A stretch of 56,319 nucleotides of DNA from Thermoanaerobaculia bacterium (GCA_035273585.1 DATEOX010000532.1:1-56319); one strand, 5' to 3'; counted from the stretch's first letter, positions 42,322 to 52,463 are shown. Numbers and translations are program-made. The notes: a model not told the origin generated them from the letters alone.

Positions 42322-43935
42322 TCAGGCGGCCGCACCGTCGGCCGCACCGTATCCTCCCATCGTCTGATCGGTACTAGGTGTTCCGAAGAAACAGGGAGTT
42401 GACGTTTCCAGAAAGTAGGTCATAACATCTTTCACTACCTGACCCCATATGGGAAAGGCCGACCGATCCATCAGGATCGCTGTCGGCTTTTCCGCTTGCA
42501 CTCGCACATTCTTATCTTCCGCGACGAGTTCTAACCCCAAGCCCCGGACGATACCCTTCTTTCCTTCGTTCGGCGCGCTTTGAAAATCGGAAACATCTTG
42601 TGGAAGCGCATAGAAGAAGGTGCGAGCGAGTTCTATCCTCTGCTGTAGGTCCTCGCTGAAAACGCCGAGTTTCATCTGCGCTGCGGCAAGCTGCTCATTC
42701 AATTCCGCACGCTTGTAGTTGTAGTCGTCCTGTGAGATCGCCCCTTCGAGTAGGAGGTCGAGCAGGCGCTTGTTCTGTCGCTCAAAGGCCGCGATCTCAG
42801 CGATAAGTCGATCCTTTTCCTCGCCGGCGGTCGCAAGCCGCGCGGCCGCAAGCTCGCCGACGATGCGGAGGCAATTCTCCTTGTCTTCCGGCGTGAGGAT
42901 GATGTGCATGAGCGCGTCTTCGATCGCGGTGGTGAAGACTTGCTCCACGATCTGCGGTTCAGTGCAGCGCCTCTTCGACCGATTAGAGCAGATGTAATAG
43001 GTGTAGCGACGACCGCTCGGTTTCGTCTTCGTGTATGCGGTGAGGCGTCGGCCGCACGCGCCGCAGCGAATGAGCCCTGCATACGCAAATATTTTCTTCT
43101 GCGGACGTTCCGCCATCACGCGCCGCCCAGCGAGAACGTCCTGCACGCGATCGAAGACCGCCTTGGTGATGAGCGGCGCATGGGTCCCCGGAATCAACTG
43201 TCCTTTTATCCGCATCATCCCGACGTAGAACGGATTGCGAAGGATGCGCTGGATTGTGTTGAGCGGGATTCCGCGGCGGCGCGAGTTCGCGCGTCGGCGT
43301 CGAATGAAATTCAGCCGCCACTCCTCCTCTGCGAGTTGCGCAAGCCGCAGCAGCGAGTAGTTCCCCGTGGCTGCTAACTCGAAGAGCTGACGCACGTAGG
43401 GGGCTGTGCGCCCGTCCACGACGATCGTTCCATGATTCCGTTCATCGCGTCGGTTCAAATAGCCGAGCGGCGCGATGCCGGTCCACTCACCACGTCGCCA
43501 CTTTTCCTCCATGCCGCGCTGCGTGTTCTTCGAGAGGTCTTTCGAGAACTTCGCGGAGAGTCCGAGTTCAAGATGCAGGATGAACTCTTCGTCTGCTTGC
43601 CCTGAGTATGTTCGATCCGATGTGATGATGCGCGCGAGCTTCTTGGATTCCAGCGCATAGAGGATCGAACCGCCGTCGAGCGCGTTGCGCGCGAGACGGT
43701 CAGCCTTCCAACAAATCACCGTGTCGATCTCCCCCTTCTGAATGCGGGCGAGGAGTTTGTTGAACTCGGGACGGCCCGGTGTTTTCGCCGACCTCCGCTC
43801 CTCGAAGATGAGCGGGTCTACGATTCCGTTTCGACCGCAGATTTCTCGCGCCCAATAGAGCTGTGCGGGGAGGCTTTGAACCTGCTTGTCCTCAGCGTCT
43901 GTTGATCGGCGCGCGTAGATGGCGGCTCGGGGCAT
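42322..43935 (-). CDS. Large serine recombinase
   Basis: AAIYARRSTD...QSLPAQ catalytic N-terminus, recombinase domain, CGACGRRL...YYICS zinc ribbon, coiled-coil C-terminus. Confidence 0.9.
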   Translation of the reverse strand: MPRAAIYARRSTDAEDKQVQSLPAQLYWAREICGRNGIVDPLIFEERRSAKTPGRPEFNKLLARIQKGEIDTVICWKADRLARNALDGGSILYALESKKLARIITSDRTYSGQADEEFILHLELGLSAKFSKDLSKNTQRGMEEKWRRGEWTGIAPLGYLNRRDERNHGTIVVDGRTAPYVRQLFELAATGNYSLLRLAQLAEEEWRLNFIRRRRANSRRRGIPLNTIQRILRNPFYVGMMRIKGQLIPGTHAPLITKAVFDRVQDVLAGRRVMAERPQKKIFAYAGLIRCGACGRRLTAYTKTKPSGRRYTYYICSNRSKRRCTEPQIVEQVFTTAIEDALMHIILTPEDKENCLRIVGELAAARLATAGEEKDRLIAEIAAFERQNKRLLDLLLEGAISQDDYNYKRAELNEQLAAAQMKLGVFSEDLQQRIELARTFFYALPQDVSDFQSAPNEGKKGIVRGLGLELVAEDKNVRVQAEKPTAILMDRSAFPIWGQVVKDVMTYFLETSTPCFFGTPSTDQTMGGYGAADGAAA

Positions 43936-44377
43936 GATGGGGATGTAGGAGGGATGTCGCGGAGCGCGGCCTCGACGCGCCGTAGTAGCTCCTCCGCAAC
44001 GGTATACAGATACAGCCGATAGGCGGCAAGTTGATCGGGCGTCGGCGTGTGCCCGAGTCGTCGTGTGACCGTCTCCGCTAAGTCATGCTCCAACTCCGGC
44101 GAGAACGCGGGCACCTCGGCCGGTTTGATTATGTGTCCCGCGGGTCGTTGAGCGTCATCCATGCCTCCACGATAGCGAGCGAGTAGCACTCCGCGAACGC
44201 CAAGGAAGGCGGTAGTGGGGATTCCGCACTCGACGTGGAGAGGTTCGCGGCTTGTGGGCGCGATTCTGTCTCATTCAGGTGTGCTGATTCAGCACATTCG
44301 ATCCAACCGGTCTCCTGAACGCGGAACGGCCCGCCTAGGCTTTGCAATGCAACCGCCTCTGCTCATCACCGCGTCCT

Positions 44378-45643
44378 ATGGATCGCCAAACACCACCCTC
44401 ACCCTCGCCAAACGACCGGCCCGAGACCTCGGCTCCGCGGCTCGCGCCCGAACCGTCGCCGCTCTCCGCCGAGATCGCGCCGGACATGAATAGTCAGGGC
44501 GCGAACCCCCTGCGAAGTGATGGAGGAAAGCCACTTTTCGACCTGCGGAACACGTATCGCCGGGAGAACACCCCGCAGAACACCCCCGACGTGGGTACGG
44601 AACAACCCCCACCTCCTGCGGAACACCCCTCCCTCGGCGGGCCGGAAGTCTCGCGCGACCGACAGGCGGTACTCCACCTCGTGCGCATGCGCATCCTGTC
44701 CTTCGACCAGCTCGCACGGCTGACGTACTTCTCCGCAAACAAGACCGTCGCGCGCCGGCGACTGCGGCGGCTGCGCGATCAGGGATGGATTGAGGTGTGG
44801 GAGCGGCCGGTCGCGGGAGGAGGCGCACCTCGCTACGCCCACCCGACACGGCGAGCCCTCCTGTGGGGTGACGCCGTGACGACGGCGGCAACGGAGGGAA
44901 CCATCCTCGGGCCGCTTGTTCAGCTCATGACGCCCCCCACGCCGCGCCAGCCGTGGAAGCTAGAGGACGGGGTACTCCCGCTGTTCCTTGCACACACCGA
45001 GGAGGCGAACGATGTACTGATTGCCTGGCTGCGTCGCTCTGGTGAGCGCGTCCTGTGGCTGTCGAGCTGGGATTGTCCGTTCCCCGAGCACATCGAGTGG
45101 CGGCCGATGCCGCAGCCGGACTACGTGCTCGTTCTCGAGCGCGGTGGCGCGCCGCAGCTCATCTTCGGGGAGCACGACCGCGGCACCGAAGGCGGCGAGG
45201 TAGTCGCGCGGAAGTTCCGGACGTACCGGACGTGGATGGAGACACCCGAGATCGCGCAACGCATCTTCGGCTTCGCAGCCTTCCATGTGTTCGTGACGGT
45301 GAGCGGCGAGCGCGCGGCGCGGCGTATCGGCCAGCTCGCGCAACTCGCCCGCAAAGAGGGCGTCGAGCGCTTCACGCACTTCATGCTCGCCGCGCCCGAT
45401 GCCGTGCCGCTTCTGCCGCCGCTAACTCCTCCGACGATGGACTTCACCCACTGCCGTCTCTGCCAGACCCGCGTGCCGCTGAGCGCCGAGGTTTGCCCGT
45501 CCTGCGGCGCGCCGACGCACCAGCTCGCGCGCGACGAACTGACTGCGGAACTCTCCTCTCCCCCGATCGAGTACGCCGCGGAATTCGATGCTCCCGAGAT
45601 CGAAGAACCCCCCTCCGAACCACCCCAACATCCGTCTCCCTAA
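44378..45643 (+). CDS. Replication-relaxation family protein with disordered N-terminus and C-terminal zinc ribbon
   Basis: LVRMRILSFDQLARL...RRRLRRLRDQGWI wHTH core. CRLCQ...CPSCG. Start uncertain (TTG 44342 or ATG 44378). Confidence 0.6.
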   Translation: MDRQTPPSPSPNDRPETSAPRLAPEPSPLSAEIAPDMNSQGANPLRSDGGKPLFDLRNTYRRENTPQNTPDVGTEQPPPPAEHPSLGGPEVSRDRQAVLHLVRMRILSFDQLARLTYFSANKTVARRRLRRLRDQGWIEVWERPVAGGGAPRYAHPTRRALLWGDAVTTAATEGTILGPLVQLMTPPTPRQPWKLEDGVLPLFLAHTEEANDVLIAWLRRSGERVLWLSSWDCPFPEHIEWRPMPQPDYVLVLERGGAPQLIFGEHDRGTEGGEVVARKFRTYRTWMETPEIAQRIFGFAAFHVFVTVSGERAARRIGQLAQLARKEGVERFTHFMLAAPDAVPLLPPLTPPTMDFTHCRLCQTRVPLSAEVCPSCGAPTHQLARDELTAELSSPPIEYAAEFDAPEIEEPPSEPPQHPSP

Positions 45644-46044
45644 AGCGGTCGGCGGATGCCCGGCCGGGCGGCTCAAAACCGCCGCCCGGCGTCTCCACCA
45701 ACATTGACCATCACGCCGACCCTCAACCAAACGAACGACGACCGATTCCTCAGAAAGAAATCGAGAAAACCTTTCCCTAATACCCCCTCTCCGATGCGGA
45801 GTATCCGACCGGAAATCAACGCTTTACGCCGACCAAACCGTGGAGTCGAGTCTACGGTGCGACTTCACGGCCGAAAGAGAGGGGTTGTTGTAAATGATTA
45901 CGACAGGAACACGCATCATCAGCCCTGTCCAGTGCTCCGTCAGTGGCTTGCAAAACGAAAGAAGTATGCCGTCACAATGTATGTAGCAGGTCGCTCCATC
46001 GCCCCCCTTGATGCACCTTCCTCACCCCGCTCTAACCCTCCACG

Positions 46045-46767
46045 ATGAACGCCTCCTTGCTAGTGCGGGAAGTGGAGCGTATCGCCCGCGAGCGGGGGTG
46101 GTCCCGCCGCCGATTAGCCCGCGAACTCGGCATTGATGCGACAACGCTCTCCCACGTCCGTTCCGGGCGAGATCCGATCTCACAGCCGCTCCTCGTACAG
46201 ATCGGCATGGCGTTCGGCGGGAGTCCCGTTGTCCAGAGCCTCATCCTCCATTACCTCCTCATCGAAGCGCCGCCGCGCCTCGCGAAGCGGCGGAAGGGGG
46301 CGACGACATCGGCCTTCGCCGCGATCCCGTACAAGGTTCGCTGGCGCATTCGTCGCTGGCTCGCGCACCTCGACGGCACGGGCAAGCCGCAACGCGGCCT
46401 CTTCCTCACCGGCACGGATGCGGCGCTCTTGAGCGCGGCCGCGCGCTTCACCGTGCATGAAGCCGAGCAGCAAGGCCGCACGCACATCCTGATTGCTGCG
46501 AGCGACCGCCTCACGACGACGCATGCGAAGGCCGCGCTCGACACCGGCCTGCTGGTTCTTGAACGGGTCGAGTTCGCGGCGGAGAGCGTGACGCGGCTCA
46601 TTCACGCGCGGACGGATGCGCTGCGCCCGCTTGTCGCGACGAGCTGCGGCGACCGCGAGCAGCTTCCCGACCCGCACCTCGTTCGCGTCTTCCGCGCCTG
46701 GACGGAGACCATCACCGTCTCCGCGCCGCGCACTCCTACCACCCGCCGCCATGCCCAACGATCCTGA
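46045..46767 (+). CDS. XRE-type HTH protein with C-terminal uncharacterised domain
   Basis: WSRRRLARELGIDATTLSHVRSG. Confidence 0.55.
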   Translation: MNASLLVREVERIARERGWSRRRLARELGIDATTLSHVRSGRDPISQPLLVQIGMAFGGSPVVQSLILHYLLIEAPPRLAKRRKGATTSAFAAIPYKVRWRIRRWLAHLDGTGKPQRGLFLTGTDAALLSAAARFTVHEAEQQGRTHILIAASDRLTTTHAKAALDTGLLVLERVEFAAESVTRLIHARTDALRPLVATSCGDREQLPDPHLVRVFRAWTETITVSAPRTPTTRRHAQRS

Positions 46768-47476
46768 CGCAACACGCATCTACTTCCTCGCGCCGCGGAG
46801 CGCCGCCGCCGAAGGCATCGTCACGGTGCCGGTGGACTTCGCGCATCTTTTCTCGCTCATCCCGCGTGTTGGCAGGAACGCCACGATGCTCTACGTGACG
46901 CTCCGCGCGCTCCGCCAGACGGCGGGCATGGGCTCGTTCAAGGTGGACGATCTCGTATGGCTGCTGCGCGCGCGGCCGTGGCGGATTTGGTGGTGGATGC
47001 ACAAGCTCTCGAAAGAGCGCCTGCTCGTCTACCGCCTCGCCAACGGCTACTTCACGGACGTACTGGTCTTCCAAGTCGCCGCCCGGCCGACGATGGGCCG
47101 CGAGTACGACGTTCCGGCACACTGGTTTGAGCACGTGCTCCCGCTGCACTCGCGCACGCGCTTCCTCGTTTACCTCTATGTCCGCAGCCACGAATGGGGC
47201 GGCGACATCGCGAGCGTGAGCGAGGAGCGCATGATCCGCGACCTGCGCCTGCCAGCACTCCGCCTCCGCTGGCACATATGGCGGCTCCACCGCGCGGGCC
47301 TCGTCGTCCGTGCGCGTGGCGAGCATGTCGTCCGTGATCCCGAGCCCGCGTCCATCGTCGAGCACGGCGAGGTGCGGCTGCGCGAGCTGAATATCCTCGG
47401 CTGGCCGATGTTTCGCCTCGGCCTCGCCGTGCTGATCGCGGTGGCGTGCCTCCTCATCCTCTACCTCCTCCATTGA
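46751..47476 (+). CDS. Hypothetical protein with C-terminal TM helix
   Basis: Start at MPNDPDA (17-nt overlap with the upstream gene). Ends LGLAVLIAVACLLILYLLH. Confidence 0.45.
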   Translation: MPNDPDATRIYFLAPRSAAAEGIVTVPVDFAHLFSLIPRVGRNATMLYVTLRALRQTAGMGSFKVDDLVWLLRARPWRIWWWMHKLSKERLLVYRLANGYFTDVLVFQVAARPTMGREYDVPAHWFEHVLPLHSRTRFLVYLYVRSHEWGGDIASVSEERMIRDLRLPALRLRWHIWRLHRAGLVVRARGEHVVRDPEPASIVEHGEVRLRELNILGWPMFRLGLAVLIAVACLLILYLLH

Positions 47477-47477
47477 T

Positions 47478-48929
47478 ATGCCACGCACCATTCGCTTTCG
47501 CTTCGACACCGACGCCACCCGCCGCATGCAGGAGGTCCAGCAGTTCTACCTCGATAACGACGGCTTCTACGGCGAGCATCAGAAGCGGGCGGGTCACGGC
47601 TTCCCGATCGGCACCTACCAGCTCCCGACGCACGGGAAGCTCGACGCGCAGCTTCTCGCCTCCGACCTCGACCGGCATGCGCTGGTGCTCGGGTCCACCG
47701 GCACCGGAAAGTCCTCGCTCCTCGAACAGCTCGCGCGGATGTGCTTCGCGACGGGGCGCGGGTGCGCGCTCATCGACCCGCACGGCGATCTCTTCCAGCG
47801 CGTAACCGCCTGGGCGCTGCACGCCGAGATTCCCGACCTCACCATTCTCGACTTCACACGGCCTGAGCTCCTGCCGGGCTGGAACCCCTTGAAGCCGCTG
47901 CCCGGTGTCGATCCCGGCCGCCAAGTCGATCTCCTTATCGGCATCTTCAAGCGGCTCTATGGCGACGAGGAGGCGCGGAGCTGGAACTTCGGTGTGAAGG
48001 TGGAGGAGATATTGCGGTTCAGTTTTCGGGCGTGCATCGAGAGCGAGGTGCCGGCAACCATCGACACGCTGCGATCCTTTCTCCTCATCCCCGCGCTTCG
48101 CAGTCGGCTCCTCGCGACAGCATCCGCGGATGTGCGTTTCTACTTCCATGAGCGGTTCAAGAACCGCGAGGAGAACTTCGTCCCCGCCGTCCTAAACAAA
48201 CTTGAGCCGTTCCTCGGCTCGATGGCCGTGCAGCGCTTCCTCGGCCAGCCGACGAACACCGTGGACCCGCTCGCGATCATGGATCGTGGCGGCACCCTCC
48301 TCGTGAACCTCGCGAAAGGCTACCTCGGCCCGACCGCCGACATTCTCGGCCGTCTCCTCATGAACGCGCTCGAACTCGGCGCGCTCCGGCGTGAAGGTAT
48401 CCCGCCCGAGCAGCGCACGCCGTACACCCTTCTCGTGGATGAAGCGCACACCTTCGCCGGATCAGACGGCGCGCTCGACGTGCTCCTGACCGCGGCGCGC
48501 AAGTACCGGCTCTCGCTCGTGCTCGCGGCGCAGGCGCTTGCGCTGTTCCCGACGCGCTTCCAGACCATCGCCCTCGGGAATGCCGGCCATCAGTTCCTCT
48601 TCCGGCTCCCGCAGAAGGAAGCGCAGCACCTTGCGCACGATCTCTTCGAGCCGCAGGGGAACGTCTTGCGCCCCCGGCTTCACGCCCACGACAAGATCGA
48701 GTACCTGACGCCTTCCGAGGAGATCGCGGCGCGCACGAAGGAGCTGGCGAACCTGCCCATCGGCGCGTGCTACTGGCTCGACCGTGGGAAGCCGTACAAG
48801 GCGCGGCGCATCCAAGTCCGACCACCGGACGAACTACCCTTTCCCCTTCGCGACCTTAATGATGGCATCGCGCGACGGATGGAACGCCAGCGCCGATCTG
48901 GTATGCGACAAGACGATAGTCGCAAATAA
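47478..48929 (+). CDS. Type IV coupling protein-like / HerA-TraD-like P-loop ATPase (no TM segment)
   Basis: HALVLGSTGTGKSS (Walker A), TLLVDEAH (Walker B), LVLAAQAL. Confidence 0.7.
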   Translation: MPRTIRFRFDTDATRRMQEVQQFYLDNDGFYGEHQKRAGHGFPIGTYQLPTHGKLDAQLLASDLDRHALVLGSTGTGKSSLLEQLARMCFATGRGCALIDPHGDLFQRVTAWALHAEIPDLTILDFTRPELLPGWNPLKPLPGVDPGRQVDLLIGIFKRLYGDEEARSWNFGVKVEEILRFSFRACIESEVPATIDTLRSFLLIPALRSRLLATASADVRFYFHERFKNREENFVPAVLNKLEPFLGSMAVQRFLGQPTNTVDPLAIMDRGGTLLVNLAKGYLGPTADILGRLLMNALELGALRREGIPPEQRTPYTLLVDEAHTFAGSDGALDVLLTAARKYRLSLVLAAQALALFPTRFQTIALGNAGHQFLFRLPQKEAQHLAHDLFEPQGNVLRPRLHAHDKIEYLTPSEEIAARTKELANLPIGACYWLDRGKPYKARRIQVRPPDELPFPLRDLNDGIARRMERQRRSGMRQDDSRK

Positions 48930-49047
48930 ACAGGCTCTCCGAAAAACGAAGGATCCCCCCGAGCGTATAGTGGTTGGCTGGCGCGATCCGCGCCTGGCGA
49001 ATCGTCCCAAACGACAACCATCTGCCCCTTCTTCACCCGGAGACAAA

Positions 49048-49803
49048 ATGAAAACCGTACTCGCAATGTTTCTAACTCTCGCTATGGCGGTGACAGCAAG
49101 CGCTCACGCAGAGGAACCCAAGAGTGACGCCGAGGTCGCGCTTCAAAAGATGATGGCCGAATTGCGACAAGTTCCGAGTGACATGAAGCTCATCGATGAA
49201 TCGAATGCGAACCTGGCGATCTCCAACCTGGACCTAGCCAAAACTACGAAGACGATCGATAAAGAAGCACGTGCGATGAAGGACGAGGAGGTTCCTGCGC
49301 TCATCAAGAGGGCACAGGAATTTGACGACAACATTCAGGTTGGTCTGGACCGCGGCTGTGGAGCGAAGCAAACGACGGACCCGGAGCTAGCGAAATACTG
49401 CAATACGGCGAATGACGAGGCAGCGATTGAAAAGAAGAAGCTTGAGGAAGCCCAAGCCGATCTGCTGCATCGGATGCAGATGATCCCGAAGAGGCGTAAG
49501 GACGTTGAAGTGACAACGCTCGCAAACTTTGAGGCAAAGGGAAAGAACGATCGAGCGCGAGACGCTCTCCGATCGAGGCAGCAGGAATTGTATTCGCAGA
49601 TCATCACTCGCTCGATGAGCCTGATTACGAGTAAGGCCGCCGCAACCAAGGCATGTGTTTCCCTCCCCCCTGAAGAGGCGACCTGCTGTTTGCGCGTCGT
49701 TTCGGACGGAGAAAACCCGGCACTGTGTGGAGTAGAGCGGCTCTTCAAACTCTTTGAGAATGCCGGGGTGTTTTCGACTTCGGAGGTCAGGCTCGTAAAG
49801 TGA
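49048..49803 (+). CDS. Secreted coiled-coil protein
   Basis: SD GGAGA, signal peptide MKTVLAMFLTLAMAVTASAHA. Confidence 0.5.
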   Translation: MKTVLAMFLTLAMAVTASAHAEEPKSDAEVALQKMMAELRQVPSDMKLIDESNANLAISNLDLAKTTKTIDKEARAMKDEEVPALIKRAQEFDDNIQVGLDRGCGAKQTTDPELAKYCNTANDEAAIEKKKLEEAQADLLHRMQMIPKRRKDVEVTTLANFEAKGKNDRARDALRSRQQELYSQIITRSMSLITSKAAATKACVSLPPEEATCCLRVVSDGENPALCGVERLFKLFENAGVFSTSEVRLVK

Positions 49804-49934
49804 GTGAGCCGTCCCCAGGGCTCACGAGACGCAGCCGCACCTGCGACCTGACGATTTGCCGCTAGGCAGGGCCGCGCGAGCGAACGGGATCACGCGGCGC
49901 ACGCAAACACGTCAAATACGGTGCCGAACGCAGC

Positions 49935-49972
49935 GAACCGTCAACTCGGCCGTTGAGTCGAGTTGACGGTTC
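49935..49972. promoter_or_regulatory. Palindrome A: GAACCGTCAACTCG-N10-CGAGTTGACGGTTC
   Basis: 14-bp perfect arms overlapping the 3' end of the XRE gene. Near-identical to palindrome B. Confidence 0.75.
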
Positions 49973-50141
49973 CTCCGGATTCCTCAAGTTGAATGAGCGT
50001 GCCGACGATGGCGGCCGTAATCGGCGTGTCGCCGCTTTCCATCGCCGCGATGATCGAGAGTTCGGAGTGCGCCAGCCGCGCGAAGTCTTCAAGCGAGAGA
50101 TCGAGCGCGAGGCGGCGGGCACGCAGCTCCTTCGGCAACAT
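49941..50141 (-). CDS. XRE-family HTH regulator
   Basis: LRARRLALDLSLEDFARLAHSELSIIAAMESG. Confidence 0.7.
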   Translation of the reverse strand: MLPKELRARRLALDLSLEDFARLAHSELSIIAAMESGDTPITAAIVGTLIQLEESGGTVNSTQRPS

Positions 50142-50198
50142 TGATAGAAGACCCTCGGACGTTGGACGAGAGCGATTCTACGCGCTTCCGCGACGGCC

Positions 50199-50237
50199 CA
50201 ACCGTCAACTCGGGGCGTGAAGTCGAGTTGACGGTTG
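50199..50237. promoter_or_regulatory. Palindrome B: CAACCGTCAACTCG-N11-CGAGTTGACGGTTG
   Basis: Lies 58 nt upstream of the XRE start and is followed by GAGTTCACGGTTCAGGG. A related half-site TTGACGGTTCAC..GTTCAGGG occurs at 51442-51465. Confidence 0.75.
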
Positions 50238-50389
50238 GAGTTCACGGTTCAGGGCGAATAAGAGCGCGACGAGCGTTTCGACCGCAAGCGAACGCTCTCC
50301 GCCTAGCACCGCGATACGCCTTCTTGCTGCATGGAGGTAGGGAAAGGCGCTGACGTGGCACTCCTTATTTTGAAGGAGGGAATCGTCCT

Positions 50390-50647
50390 ATGGGACGTAA
50401 AGGCTCAAGCAGTCCATCGATCAAGACAAAGGGTGGCTACCAGCGGACTTCGGATCAAAACCGCTCTGCTGGTCGGAGAACAGGTCAGGACCCACCGAAG
50501 CAGCAGGTAAGCCGCGAGCGCAACATCGGGGCGAGCGGTCAAGAACACTCGAAGCTCGCCAAGGGGCAACAACGACAAGGCGGGCCGTCCGGCAGCAACC
50601 GCGGATCGGGTAGCAATCGTGGTAGTGGCCGAGGGCCGGGTCGGTGA
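50390..50647 (+). CDS. Small basic Gly/Arg/Ser-rich protein
   Basis: Strong SD GAAGGAGGG 10 nt upstream. Low-complexity 85 aa. Confidence 0.4.
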   Translation: MGRKGSSSPSIKTKGGYQRTSDQNRSAGRRTGQDPPKQQVSRERNIGASGQEHSKLAKGQQRQGGPSGSNRGSGSNRGSGRGPGR

Positions 50648-50698
50648 GCTGAATCTCTCACATTGACGTGCCCTAATTCTCGGCCGTAGCGTGGATGC

Positions 50699-51412
50699 AT
50701 GCGAGCAGGCAGGAATCCAGTACGGCGCAACCGCAGGATCGGTACACCGCTCAGCGGGCGCGGGCGGAGCAATGTCTTTCGCCCGCCCCTGCGAAGGAAG
50801 TCTGTTGTCCGCGCGACCGAACGACGCCTCATCGACGGTCATGAGATCGTGTTCATCACCGAGGAGACGCTACCCGGCTTCATGCACGCCTGTACCGTCG
50901 ATGAGGTCATCCGCGTTCTTTCGGCACTCCCGTCTTCGGACTGGTCTGGTATTCACGCGATCGCTTTCCGGCAATTGACACGAAAGGAACGAATGCTGTC
51001 ACCGCGCTGGGGGCATATCGAGTTCGCCCCAACACAGGACGGCGTGGCGCACGCGGCGACCATCTACCTCATCGCCCCTCAACCTTCCGAATCCTTGGTG
51101 TGGCCCGCGTCGCTCGTGCCTGCGGACGTCGCGGAACTTGCTCAGCTACGACGGGACGGACACGACGTGACGATGACGGATCGAGGATGGAAAGTCACCT
51201 CCACGATAGAGGCCGTTCAGCGTACGCAGCTTTGTCGGACAATTCCGCACGAGATCGGCCACTGGGTTCACTACCGCATGAGTGTTCTGCGAGGCGAAGA
51301 CCACGAGGCAAAGACAACGGCCGCGAAGGAGGGATTCGCCGAACAGTACGCGGCGAAGGTGCATAGTCGCGTCGCTGCCGCATTTGATGATACGAACAGC
51401 GCGGCGGCATAA
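50699..51412 (+). CDS. HExxH metallopeptidase-like protein (possible ImmA/IrrE-type anti-repressor)
   Basis: HEIGH at 51248-51262. Divergent from the XRE gene. Start uncertain. Confidence 0.45.
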   Translation: MRAGRNPVRRNRRIGTPLSGRGRSNVFRPPLRRKSVVRATERRLIDGHEIVFITEETLPGFMHACTVDEVIRVLSALPSSDWSGIHAIAFRQLTRKERMLSPRWGHIEFAPTQDGVAHAATIYLIAPQPSESLVWPASLVPADVAELAQLRRDGHDVTMTDRGWKVTSTIEAVQRTQLCRTIPHEIGHWVHYRMSVLRGEDHEAKTTAAKEGFAEQYAAKVHSRVAAAFDDTNSAAA

Positions 51413-51456
51413 CCTTGCTCGGCGTCTCCGGTGAGCTGGCCTTGACGGTTCACTGT

Positions 51457-52167
51457 TCAGGGCATGTCGTCCGAGAACACACCGAGCGTTTCGACGGCCA
51501 GCGGGAAGTCGCCGATCGCGGGGGCAAGCGCCTCTCGCAGCGAGTCGCGGCGGCGCGCTGTGGCGGTGAGGAGGAGGATCGCCGCGGGCGCGCCCGTCGT
51601 CCAGCCGGCGAGGAACCCGATGAGTTCTAGCGTCTTCGGCACGAGAACGGTCTTCACCGGCTCGCCACCCAAGTCCACCTCAATCGCGAGCGCTGACCCA
51701 CCGTCGCCATCCGGCTTCCACAAGCAGAGTAAATCCGGCCAGACGGTGAGCTTCCCGGCGAAGAGGCGCTGCACGGCCCACGCGGGTAAAAGCTCGTCCG
51801 GCGCGGGCGTGCGCTGTCGCATCGCGAGCGCCGCGTTCACGATTTCGACGGTGTGCTCAAAATCCTTCGCTGGTACCGCGCCGCTCGCCGGGAAGAGGTC
51901 AGACGTAGCCGCATGGCCGCCGTCCACGAGGAAGTCGCGGCCCTTCTTCGTAAGCCAGCAAACCTGAATGCCATTGCCTTGCAGCCGCTCGACGCCGAGG
52001 TAGCCGCGCTCCGTCGAGCGGTCGAAGAAGCGCGTCACCATCGTCTCTGAGACCTCGGCGAAGAGCCACGCCTTGAGTTGCTGGCGCGTGAGCATGCGGA
52101 AGCGGCCGACGAGCAGGTACGCCTCGATGTCGCGCGGGAGGATGCGATGTTTCTTGATCGTCGCCAT
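51457..52167 (-). CDS. Replication-relaxation family protein
   Basis: LLVGRFRMLTRQQLKAWLF...RFFDRSTERGYL wHTH core, similar layout to 44378-45643. Confidence 0.65.
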   Translation of the reverse strand: MATIKKHRILPRDIEAYLLVGRFRMLTRQQLKAWLFAEVSETMVTRFFDRSTERGYLGVERLQGNGIQVCWLTKKGRDFLVDGGHAATSDLFPASGAVPAKDFEHTVEIVNAALAMRQRTPAPDELLPAWAVQRLFAGKLTVWPDLLCLWKPDGDGGSALAIEVDLGGEPVKTVLVPKTLELIGFLAGWTTGAPAAILLLTATARRRDSLREALAPAIGDFPLAVETLGVFSDDMP

Positions 52168-52169
52168 CG

Positions 52170-52463
52170 TCAGAGCGCCTTGATCGTTACGCTGCAGTAG
52201 TCGCAGTCAAAGCTGCGCGACTGCTCGCCGCAGGCCGTGCAGCGGAGGCGGTTGCCGTACTCCGTCGTCCGGCACTTCGGGCAGGTCGCAAGGAGGTCCA
52301 AGGCGTTCATCTCGCCGCAATGCGGGCAGTCGATATACCCCTTGCGCATGAGCGCTGCGCCCTGCGAGAACTTCATGGCTTTGCGGATGAACACGACGAG
52401 GTACACGGGACTTGCGAGGATGTAGAGCAAGGCAAGACCGATCCATCGAAGTGTCGTATTCAT
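52170..52463 (-). CDS. Membrane-anchored double zinc-ribbon protein
   Basis: ATGA overlap with the upstream ATPase. TM helix then CPHCG...CPKC...CTACG...CDYC. Confidence 0.55.
   Translation of the reverse strand: MNTTLRWIGLALLYILASPVYLVVFIRKAMKFSQGAALMRKGYIDCPHCGEMNALDLLATCPKCRTTEYGNRLRCTACGEQSRSFDCDYCSVTIKAL

Noticed and set aside
43818-44189. 123-aa ORF upstream of the serine recombinase as a recombination directionality factor
   Set aside because: It would overlap the recombinase N-terminus by about 118 nt. The recombinase start (MPRAAIYARRSTD) is canonical. The third-position GC of its first few codons, which is all I checked, looked mixed rather than high. A shorter real gene cannot be excluded.
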